Shown here in pieces: positions 1-9,000 of a DNA stretch of 64,000 nucleotides; the first letter of the stretch is position 1, and each line of letters starts with the position of its first letter. The stretch comes from an uncultured Gammaproteobacteria bacterium (lineage in GTDB: Bacteria; Pseudomonadota; Gammaproteobacteria; Steroidobacterales; Foliamicaceae). The position numbers and the translations under genes are program-made. The DNA is taken from assembly GCA_951828235.1 (NCBI GenBank), contig OX639965.1:598323-662322 (forward strand). The letters run 5' to 3'. The notes below the pieces were generated by a model that did not search any database, was not told where the DNA came from, and was given only the letters and a program-made list of their open reading frames with translations.

Positions 1-363
1 GGCGCGCTGACCGGCGAGAAGATCCTGGTAGCGTCCTCGCGGCGCTTCGTCTGCATCGTGGACGAGAGCAAGCGGGTCAAGCTGCTGGGCAAGTTCCCGC
101 TTCCGGTGGAGGTCATCCCCATGGCGCGCTCCGCCGTGGCGCGCAAGCTCGTCGCGATGGGCGGCCAGCCGCAGTACCGCGAAGGCATGATCACCGACTA
201 CGGCAACGAGATCCTCGACGTGCACAACCTCAAGATCCTCGACCCGGAAGAAATGGAAAGCGAGATCAACCAGGTCCCCGGCGTCGTGACCGTGGGCCTG
301 TTCGCGCGGCAGCGACCCGAGGTCGTGATCGTCGGCACCCCTTCCGGAACCTGCACCCTCTAA
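1..363 (+). CDS. rpiA: Ribose-5-phosphate isomerase A, 5' truncated by window edge
   Basis: Frame open from base 1: GALTGEKI...IVDESK...LPVEVIP...ITDYGN.ILD...PGVV..GLF, the typical RpiA C-terminal half. Confidence 0.95.
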   Translation, partial: GALTGEKILVASSRRFVCIVDESKRVKLLGKFPLPVEVIPMARSAVARKLVAMGGQPQYREGMITDYGNEILDVHNLKILDPEEMESEINQVPGVVTVGLFARQRPEVVIVGTPSGTCTL

Positions 364-414
364 CCAGGGAGGGAGGACGCCGCGCCATCCAGGAAGGCGG
401 GAGGCCTTCCCTCC
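364..414. repeat. REP-like palindromic element, copy 1
   Basis: CCAGGGAGGGAGGACGCCGCGCCATCCAGGAAGGCGGGAGGCCTTCCCTCCC directly after the rpiA stop; resembles the copies at 58241 and 62755. Confidence 0.55.
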
Positions 415-465
415 CCCCATCATGGCAAAATGCCCGCCTCACGCCAGCCCGAAGGAAACCCGCCC

Positions 466-1914
466 ATGTCCGCATCCGCATCTTTCGCCCCGATAAAGGT
501 AAGAAACCCCCGCACCGGCGAACGCGACTACGTGATCAAGCCCGCCACCCCCGACGAAGTGGCGTCGACCGCCGACCGCCTGCGCATGAACCAGCCCACA
601 TGGCTGGACCTCGGCCTGGAAAAGCGGGTCGAGGCGCTGAACGCCTTCGCCGATGCCGTGCAGGACAACCGCCAGGCGATCTTCGACGCGCTGGTCGCGG
701 ACACGGGAAGGGTCCTGATCACCCACATCGAGATCGACAACCTCCGGCACATGACCGACCGGATGGCCGGCTTCGCGCGCGAACTGGTCAAGAACGAAGC
801 CGCCCGCAACAGCTCGATACCCACCATCATGGCGCGCACGCAGCTCGTTCCCTTTCCCGTGGTCGGCATCATCTCGCCCTGGAATTTCCCTTTCCTGCTC
901 GGAATGATCGACTCGATCCCGGCGCTGATTGCGGGCAGCGCGATCCTCTACAAACCGAGCGAGATCACGCCCAGGCACGCGGACCCGGTGCGCGAGTGCT
1001 TCGCGCAGATTCCCGGACTCGCCGATGTCGTGGACTACGCGATGGGCGCCGGGGCGACGGGGGAGGCGGTGATCGACAACGTGGACGCGGTCTGTTTCAC
1101 CGGCAGCGTTCGGACCGGCCGCCTGGTCGGCGAACGCGCGGCAAGCAACTTCATTCCCGCGTTCCTGGAAATGGGCGGCAAGGACCCCGCCATCGTCCTG
1201 GAATCGGCCGACCTGGAACGCACCGCCCAGGTGCTCCTGCGCGGTTCGGTCGCGGCAACCGGCCAAGCCTGCCAGTCGGTCGAGCGCATCTACGTGGCCC
1301 GCCCACTGCACGACGCGCTGGTTGCGCGCCTCGCGGAACTGGCCGCGAAGGTCACCACCAATACCGAAGCGCCCGACAAGGGCCATATCGGCCCGCTGAT
1401 ATTCGAGAAACAACTGGCGACCATCCAGTCGCACATCGACGACGCCGTGGAGAAAGGCGCCACCGTACATTGCGGCGGCAAGCCCATTGAAGAAGGCGGC
1501 ACCTGGTATCCGGCCACCGTATTGAGCGGCGTCAACCACACCATGCGCATCATGACCGACGAGACCTTCGGGCCCGTGCTGCCCGTCATGCCCTTCGACA
1601 CCATTGACGAGGCCGTCGAACTCGCCAACGACTCGCGCTACGGCTTGAGCGCTAGCGTGTTTGCCGGGACCGAGGAAGAAGGCCTTCAGGTTGCCAGCCG
1701 CATGAACGGCGGCGTAATCAGCGTCAACGAAGCATCGCTGTCCGGCACCGTCCACGAATTCGAGCAGGACCCCTTCAACCTGTCCGGACTCGGCCGTTCC
1801 CGCATGGGACCTCCGGGCGTCGATCGCTTCTACCGCCACAAGCTCATCCTCTCCGACCGCTCCCCTGATCCCCGCAACATAGACGCCTACGCCGAACCCG
1901 CCACCAACGCCTGA
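466..1914 (+). CDS. NAD-dependent aldehyde dehydrogenase family protein
   Basis: SPWNFP, FTGS, LEMGGKDP, catalytic GQAC, ETFGP motifs; ATG at 466 preceded by AAGGA. Confidence 0.93.
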   Translation: MSASASFAPIKVRNPRTGERDYVIKPATPDEVASTADRLRMNQPTWLDLGLEKRVEALNAFADAVQDNRQAIFDALVADTGRVLITHIEIDNLRHMTDRMAGFARELVKNEAARNSSIPTIMARTQLVPFPVVGIISPWNFPFLLGMIDSIPALIAGSAILYKPSEITPRHADPVRECFAQIPGLADVVDYAMGAGATGEAVIDNVDAVCFTGSVRTGRLVGERAASNFIPAFLEMGGKDPAIVLESADLERTAQVLLRGSVAATGQACQSVERIYVARPLHDALVARLAELAAKVTTNTEAPDKGHIGPLIFEKQLATIQSHIDDAVEKGATVHCGGKPIEEGGTWYPATVLSGVNHTMRIMTDETFGPVLPVMPFDTIDEAVELANDSRYGLSASVFAGTEEEGLQVASRMNGGVISVNEASLSGTVHEFEQDPFNLSGLGRSRMGPPGVDRFYRHKLILSDRSPDPRNIDAYAEPATNA

Positions 1915-1959
1915 ATACCCCCAAGTGTTATCATCCCACCCGCTGGCTCGGCATGGCGG

Positions 1960-2036
1960 CGGGGTATGGCGCAGTCTGGTAGCGCGTCTGCTTTGGGAGC
2001 AGAAGGTCAACGGTTCAAATCCGTTTACCCCGACCA
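1960..2036 (+). tRNA. tRNA-Pro (TGG)
   Basis: Cloverleaf, anticodon loop TTTGGGA, TTCAAAT T-loop, ends in CCA. Confidence 0.95.
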
Positions 2037-2077
2037 CTGCGCTAAGAGCCGCCGCTTTCCCGGACTAACCAGTCGAT

Positions 2078-2154
2078 GCGCCTGTAGCTCAACCGGATAG
2101 AGCATCGGCCTTCTAAGCCGGTGGTTGCAGGTTCGAGTCCTGCCAGGCGCGCCA
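2078..2154 (+). tRNA. tRNA-Arg (TCT)
   Basis: GCGCCTGTAGCTCA...CTTCTAA...GGTTCGAGTCC...GGCGCGCCA. Confidence 0.95.
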
Positions 2155-2203
2155 TCGGCCGAAACGGCACGAAGCGGCGTGCCGGGCGGCAAGCATCAAC
2201 CGT

Positions 2204-2280
2204 GGTGGGCGTAGCTCAGTTGGTAGAGCCCCAGATTGTGGATCTGGTCGTCGTGGGTTCGAGTCCCATCGTCCACCCCA
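2204..2280 (+). tRNA. tRNA-His (GTG)
   Basis: G-1 then GTGGGCG acceptor strand, anticodon loop TTGTGGA, C73 discriminator, CCA. Confidence 0.95.
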
Positions 2281-2352
2281 CCCTCCCTCGCCGCGCCTGC
2301 AAGCTATGGCAATATTGCACCCCTTCCGCGGGAGTCACTTCCCGCACACAAC

Positions 2353-2426
2353 GGGCCGTTAGCTCAACTAGGTAGAGCAGTGGACTCTTAATCCATTGGT
2401 TGCGGGTTCGATTCCCTCACGGCCCA
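2353..2426 (+). tRNA. tRNA-Lys (CTT), no encoded CCA; probable integration site
   Basis: GGGCCGTTAGCTCA...CTCTTAA...GGTTCGATTCC...ACGGCCCA followed by CTTT instead of CCA. Confidence 0.9.
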
Positions 2427-2703
2427 CTTTTCCTCCTATATCCATATGCTGTACTTTACTTTTTTGGATTTTTTGACGGCTAGATTTGATGAATGATGTT
2501 ATGTTTCGTGTTCGTTGAATCCTACCGGCCCACTCTTGATTTTGATCATATATCTGTTCTTTCCTGCTGGTGATATTTTGCCGATCGGCCCGCATTGCAC
2601 CATTGCCGGAAAAATACACCCGACGCTGCCGAGAGTACAATGCGCCCCGACCGAACCGCTGATTTCGCTTGATTGGAAGACCGGAACTTAGCAGGAACCC
2701 AAA

Positions 2704-3816
2704 ATGACTTACGAAGTCCGCAAGGAGCTGATTGAGGAAATCGAGCGCATAAGAGGCAACCGACGCCTAGTTGTGCTGTTCAATTTCGACCGCGCCTCAC
2801 AACCGCCGCAGTTAACCGGTCTATCGACTGAATTTCGCTCCGACGTCAAAGAGGCTTTGTTCCGCGTGCTAAAGGAAACGCAGGCGGAAGACGGTATTGA
2901 TCTCTGCCTTTATACGAGGGGAGGCGATACGAATTCTGTCTGGCCGATCGTGAGTATTGTCCGCGAGTTCGATCCGACTTTTGAAGTACTAGTTCCCTAT
3001 CGTTGTCATAGTGCTGGAACATTAGTTGCCTTAGGCGCCCGACGAATCCACATGACTCCTCTTGCAGAATTAAGCCCGATTGATCCAAGTACCGGAAACC
3101 AATTCAATCCTGTTGATCCCATTAATCCCCAATCCCGTCTTGGCATTGCAGTTGAAGATATTCAGCAATACCGAAGTTTCATTCTCGAGCAATTTGAACT
3201 AGACAAGAATAACGACGAAGAACCCGACAAGCGCCGCCAACACTTGGCTTCGTTTGTTGGACAGTTGACCAACGGGATACACCCACTTGCACTCGGCAAT
3301 GCACATCGCGTCCATAAGCAAATCCTTCAGCTTGCTGAAAGACTACTAGAACTTCAGGAAAATTCTGATTTGGAAATTGAGAGAGCGATTAAGGCCTTTA
3401 CGCAAGATTTCTACTCGCATATGCACATGATTAATAGGGACGAAGCAAAGGAATTTCTCGGTGATCGGGTTGTCATTGCAGACGATGTATTAACAGCCGC
3501 CTTAGACAAGTTGTTGCGCGAATACCAGTCCGCGTTCAAGTTTTCCGAGCCATTTTTTCTTGGGGCCCATATGGATGATGATTTATCCAAAGAGGTTCGT
3601 TTTATTGGCGGCGTGCTAGAATCAAGCGAACGATCCTACCTGTTTGCAACGGAGGCCGTTATTACGCAGCGTTCCTCGCTGCCAGAAAATGTGCAAATTC
3701 AACTGCCACCCGGGCAACCTGTTCCCCTTGTTCCAGGGCTGCCTAGAGAGTTTGATGTCCAGCTCAAGAGGCAAACGTGGATTCACAATGACGAACCGAA
3801 GGGAGTAACAACATGA
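2704..3816 (+). CDS. SDH-family Clp-fold (ClpP-class) serine protease
   Basis: LYTRGGD, VLVP..CHSAGT (Ser), LSPIDP (Asp), YSHMH (His) pattern of the SDH_sah/S49-like family. Confidence 0.8.
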   Translation: MTYEVRKELIEEIERIRGNRRLVVLFNFDRASQPPQLTGLSTEFRSDVKEALFRVLKETQAEDGIDLCLYTRGGDTNSVWPIVSIVREFDPTFEVLVPYRCHSAGTLVALGARRIHMTPLAELSPIDPSTGNQFNPVDPINPQSRLGIAVEDIQQYRSFILEQFELDKNNDEEPDKRRQHLASFVGQLTNGIHPLALGNAHRVHKQILQLAERLLELQENSDLEIERAIKAFTQDFYSHMHMINRDEAKEFLGDRVVIADDVLTAALDKLLREYQSAFKFSEPFFLGAHMDDDLSKEVRFIGGVLESSERSYLFATEAVITQRSSLPENVQIQLPPGQPVPLVPGLPREFDVQLKRQTWIHNDEPKGVTT

Positions 3817-4052
3817 GTTTTACCTTCGAACAGTTCTACGTTTCAACGGCGGAAGACGAAAGGAACTACTTTACGGAAATTGCTGGTGGAGAAAGCTTGC
3901 CCGCGAAACCGCCCAAGGCGCTTCCCTCGGGCACATACCGCGTGCTTGCCGGTCACCTTTATCGGATTGTTCCTGGCATTCCCCCAAGTATTGATGCGAC
4001 TTTGAACAACCGCGTTGAAGAAAATAACGGTGAATGGCTTCAGCAGGTGTAG
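3813..4052 (+). CDS. Small hypothetical protein, possible antitoxin
   Basis: ATGA overlap with protease stop, GGAG RBS, overlaps the PIN gene start. Confidence 0.7.
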   Translation: MSFTFEQFYVSTAEDERNYFTEIAGGESLPAKPPKALPSGTYRVLAGHLYRIVPGIPPSIDATLNNRVEENNGEWLQQV

Positions 4053-4465
4053 TCTTCGAGCATATTGCGTTGGTGGACACCTCTGCGGTGATCGCGCTTC
4101 ATGATCCGACCGACAAGTTTCACGCTGTAGCCCACAAATTTCTGCAGACTACAGAACTTGCACTTGTCACGCTAAATGTCACCGCGCATGAAGCGTACAC
4201 GCGTGGGCGCTACGACAACGGATTAGATCGAGCTTGCGCGCATTTTAATTTTCTGCGCTCTTCTGATTTATCGCGCCTTTGCTTTACAAAATTTGACGAG
4301 AATATAGCTTATGACATGCTGGTGAAATACAACGACCAGCAGTTGAGTTTTCACGACGCGCTTTGCGGTGCTGTGATGCTTCGCAAAGGAATCTATAAGG
4401 TTTTCGCGTTTGACCGGGACTTCTTCACATTTGGTTTTGAACTGTTGCCCGGTGCATATGCCTAA
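4034..4465 (+). CDS. PIN-domain VapC-like ribonuclease
   Basis: VDTSA, E(AY), LSFHDA and FAFDRDF acidic PIN residues. Confidence 0.88.
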   Translation: MASAGVVFEHIALVDTSAVIALHDPTDKFHAVAHKFLQTTELALVTLNVTAHEAYTRGRYDNGLDRACAHFNFLRSSDLSRLCFTKFDENIAYDMLVKYNDQQLSFHDALCGAVMLRKGIYKVFAFDRDFFTFGFELLPGAYA

Positions 4466-4596
4466 ATCACTGATCTGTTTGTTAGATTAGTTTTGGCTTA
4501 CGCAGCAGCCTGAAGAAGTGACTGGCAGCACCCGCTAACGAAATGTGCGAGAGTTCCTTGATGATCTTCTCAATCTTGGGGCCAAGGCTATTTGGG

Positions 4597-5253
4597 TCAA
4601 AACAATTGCACCCGCTCAACCTCGAATCTTGTGAGCGCGGCATTGGCCTGGAATATACCTACACGTGGCTGGTTGTCCATTAGCGTGCGCCTAATCTGTT
4701 TCGCATGTTGATGGGCTTCAATACCGATTACAACTTCCTTCAATTCGAGCTGATGGCTGAAGTCGACGTAATAGTGACCATCTTTCGAATCTGGCACATC
4801 CAAGTTTACGAATAGCCGAACCTCTTGCTCATAGCTCCAATGGCTGAATTTTGCACCGAGCGTTCTCTTCATAGCATTAGCTCTGTCCTCAAGTTCTCTC
4901 GTAAAGAGCGGTTCAACTGATAGCCGGTCATCAACATATTCCACGGATAACGTGTTTTCATCGTCAATTTCAAGACCAAGACATAAGCCTCGGTGTCTTT
5001 CCGCATAGTGACTCCACATCACAGGATTTTCCCAAGATCTGCTGAAACAGAGCAGCCCATATTCTTCATCGTGCATGTTCTTGAGATTTAGGAAAGCCCT
5101 TCGCACATCGGGAGACGAAAGGTCAGGGGCAAGGTACTCAAACGGATCATTTAGGTCATGAATTCTTGCGGCCTTTAGACGACGCTTGCGCAAGGCTAAG
5201 AGACCGTATTTTGCTTGTATGAAGTGGTAAACAAGCACCTCACCGCATTCCAT
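4597..5253 (-). CDS. DUF2971-like protein (start uncertain)
   Basis: LNDPFE, LCFS...N.VMWSHYA..HRG.C, K...WSYEQEVR signature. Confidence 0.8.
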   Translation of the reverse strand: MECGEVLVYHFIQAKYGLLALRKRRLKAARIHDLNDPFEYLAPDLSSPDVRRAFLNLKNMHDEEYGLLCFSRSWENPVMWSHYAERHRGLCLGLEIDDENTLSVEYVDDRLSVEPLFTRELEDRANAMKRTLGAKFSHWSYEQEVRLFVNLDVPDSKDGHYYVDFSHQLELKEVVIGIEAHQHAKQIRRTLMDNQPRVGIFQANAALTRFEVERVQLF

Positions 5254-5504
5254 TTTGACGATGAAATCTCTGAGACTTTCTCCAAAAGACTGGCCCATCC
5301 AGGCTGAGGATTTTCCCATTAGTCTGAAACGAGGGAAATCGTCCGATAAGGCACACGCGACTTAGCGAAGAGCTGATCATTGCAAAACTAAGTAGACTTG
5401 TATTAGCCGGTAGTTATGGGTCGCGAATGCGCCTTGCTGAACGAGGTCATCTATGTGCGTAAACCGCTGAAGTCAGCGGTGTGTATCCGGGATTGGTGTA
5501 TATC

Positions 5505-6049
5505 TTATGCAGCAAAGTTAAGCGTTTCTAGCGCTGCGCTCATCCGCCGAACCCGTACATTTATTACAAGCAAGACCTCATTTCCCTTTGATTGGCCTAG
5601 CAGGCGATCCACAGAGATTCTGAGGCCACCAATCAAATTATCGTCCTCGAGGAGGCAATGTGAGACCCCGTCACATTCATAATGCCTTTTCTTGGTCGAG
5701 AGTTGGCCTTCCTTAGGTATCGAAAGCGCATCAAGCAAGGTCTTCATTCGGTTGTCAATATCACCTCCTTGGGTGACCAGTTGACCTATCGGTTCAGGAC
5801 GGAGAAACAGGATATCCAGTTCTGCAACCGCCTTGTGCTTGTCGTTCACAATTGCGGAGAACCGCTCGGCTCCTACATCCTTTATTGCTGTGTGTATTCG
5901 TATTCGGGATCGAGCCAGTTCTTCTTATCCAGCGGCTGATGTTTCCACACATCTCTCAGCTGCAGCATAAGTTCATTCCGGATTGCGCGCTTCGCGTCAG
6001 GCCCGGCATTGGGTGGTAGTTGTCCCCTGTAGTAGAGCGTAAATTTCAT
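5505..6049 (-). pseudogene. RusA-like (DIDN motif) protein split by a 2-bp frameshift
   Basis: MKFTLYYRG... N-part and ...GGDIDNRMKTLLDAL...LEDD C-part join into a 180-aa ORF if 2 nt are removed from the TG run at 5889-5895. Confidence 0.7.
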
Positions 6050-6051
6050 TC

Positions 6052-9000
6052 TTATCCAAATTGGTTGTAACCAAGTCCCCTGACATGGGGCTCTCGGTGA
6101 AGTAGATGCCGAAGCACGGAAAGCCAATCCTTGTCCCATCCTAGAGCGTCAGCAACGGCATCGTCCCAAATGTGCCGCACGTCGCACTCGCCGTCACGGT
6201 ATTGCGGCACTTCCATCTCCGCTGTGGCCTCCCAGCAGCGAGCGAGCCTATCAACAAGGGTCTGGTCGGAGAGGTTGGGCAATCGGATGATTTTCAGGCC
6301 CGCAGGATTGTATTGTGGGAATGCCAGCTTCCTTCCGGGATTGCGCAAGAGTTGCAGGCGCCCCGCAGTCGAGTTGAGGAAGACGGTCGCAGCTTTCGCC
6401 TTCTCCAGCGTGACACCTGGCACCGGCAGCCAACCTAGGCCGAGGCACAGTTCCTCCTGCGCTACCGCCGTAACACGGGCCGTTCCAGTGTCCTGCCCGG
6501 CCGTCACCAACAAGTGGGAGGCGCGGTTCATAAGACGGGCCGTGCCAGGGTGCTGCGGGCCATCGGCGCCGGGATCTTCAATCCATTCTCGCCGTGGAAC
6601 CGCCGTTTTCGGTGCCCAATGCTGATCGGGCACGCCCCGAATAGCTTGCTGAGCCTCGGCACTCTTGGAACACAAGACCGAGAAAACGCCCGGCGCATTG
6701 GCGTCGGCCTGCGCGACATCACGCCCTCCACCCAACAACACAGCGGACGGCACCATGTCCTGATCCTCCATCCGAAGGAGCGACTTGTGATTGGCAAGAT
6801 CAAAGGCTGCCTCGGCCAGTTCTGGAGCCCGAAACGCCCCTGCCGTCCAGTCGCCGGCCTCGATGCGCTCGACCGGCCACTCGGAGACCTCGCCCCAGCC
6901 GTCGGACAGCAGGCCCGTCTCGCATCGGACGAGTTGGTCGTGCAGTTCGCCCACCGTTTGATCGTCGGTCGGCACTCTGTCCAGGCTGATTATTCGCGTC
7001 GGCGGCTTGGCTCCCTCCTTCGCCTCATAACGTCGGACAACGATTAGGCTCTCGTTGATGGACGTTTTTTGGCTCAGGTTAATTTCGCCCGGTTGATGAC
7101 TGGTGAGAAGCGTGTGGATGTGGAACCGCTTTGCGAAGACTTGGCGCATTTGCAGCGCCGCAGGCCCCGTAAAAACAACAGTCGGCCGTACCATGGCCAC
7201 AACCCCATCGACTGCATCCGCGCACTTTTCGGCAAGCGCCTCAAACAGTGGCCCAATCGACGTCTTGCTAACAAAGCCGTCCAATTCGGGATCATTTTGG
7301 ACCAAGGCCCTTTCCAGTCCATCGACTCTCCCTCTCAATTGCCCCCGGATCCCCTCTGAGAACTTGTCCCCCATTCTTTTTCTGTCCGTGAAAGGCGGGT
7401 TCATTATGATCACCCGCGCCCCAAACACGGAATCGACCGCATCTTCAAGAATTGGATCGTCCTGAGCGATTTGCAGCCGCTCTGAGCCAATGTCGTGCTC
7501 GTCCAGATTCAACTCATCACCCATGCCGATGACCCGGCGCTGTCCAAGCAGTTCAAGCGATCCCGCCCGCACGTCATTCATATCGTCATTTCTCGGCCCG
7601 TAAGCCATTCGATGCAGCCCCATGTTCCGGTAGGTAACATCGACGTTGCCTGCCGTAAGCTGGGCAGCGGCCAGTTGCAGCGAGACGGGATTGAAGTCCA
7701 GCCCGGTGATGGTTTTCTCTACCGCGAGTTTTTGCCGTTCCGCGATTTGCCGTTCACCCAGCCCCCGTTCCCGCGCCCGGCGCTTCATTTCGGTGAGCGT
7801 GGCGGCAAGCAGCGTTCCTGATCCGCAGGCCAGATCAACCACGCGGTTGCTTTCCCATGTTCGCAGATCCGTCCAGTCCGCATCGGGAGCCGCTACGTCG
7901 AGCGCAAGCCGAGCCAGCAGTGAAGCAGCCTCCGGGCGCGTGAAATAGGCGCCGTCCGACGCCTGGTTACCCATGACCTGGTTGAACAATTCCCCTGCGT
8001 AATCGGCGCCGAGGTCTGCATAGTCCTTCGCAAGGCGCTCCGCTTCGGCGGCAATGTGCCTCATTGCTTTATTCAGGCCCGACTCTCGCCCGGTGTCCTG
8101 TACCTTCCATATCAACTCAATGGCCGGCTCGAGCACCGGGCGAAAATCGTGGCGGGTGATCGTGTTCCATTGGCGCAACGCGAGTTGGGCCGCTTTCGGC
8201 GCAACCTTGATGGTCTCCAGCCCTTCAACCCCAGGCAGCCAGGCACCCGCGGCAATTCGCTGATGCAGCATTGCGGCGTTCATCAGCAGCAACGACGCGA
8301 TGGTGCAGCCGTCCGCTCGGTCCTTGCCCGACGCGCCGGATTGCTTGTCCAGCCCGAAATGCGCATCGAGCGTGCCGGCAAGCTCATCCTCTTCGAGGCG
8401 CCGCCTCGCCTCCGCAATGACTTCTTCAAGAGTGTTGACGCTGCGCTGCGCCTTGTTCCGGCAAAGCCCGGACTTCTCCAACAGGTTGACGAAAATCCCC
8501 ATTTCGTCGGCTTTGGATCCCGACAAAAGATTCAGCGTCCGTTGTTCTCTGAGTTCGGCCAATTCCTCCGGGGTTTTACGCTTTCGCGGACGGGTGATTT
8601 TGCGGCCCGATTCGCCGTTGAGCATCTTCCGGGCAGTCGCTTTGGTCTTTTTGAGGTTGATGGAGCCGAGCGTGCCGTCGGTTTTGGGTTTGTCCCTGAC
8701 AACCGATTGTTCGCGCATCTCAAAACTACCGTCCCGGTTGATTTTCCCAGTCACTATCCGGTGGGGTTCATTTCTTGGTGGCAGTTCGGGCACATCCGCC
8801 GTCGCTTTGCCGGCCACGCCTTCCGGCATCGCCTCATTGAGAGGGCGGAAGACATCCGCACTCCGCACCGCCCCCTTCACGGCATCCTCAGTGGCACGCT
8901 CGGCGTGGCCCCGCTTGCCTTCGTGCAGGAAGTAAGCGGCGCGCCCCGTATCGGAACCCAAGGCCACTACGGTACTCACTTCCTCGTCCTCTGCGGGTGC

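Noticed and set aside
2121-2640. Short ORFs over the tRNA cluster
   Set aside because: Spurious translations of tRNA genes
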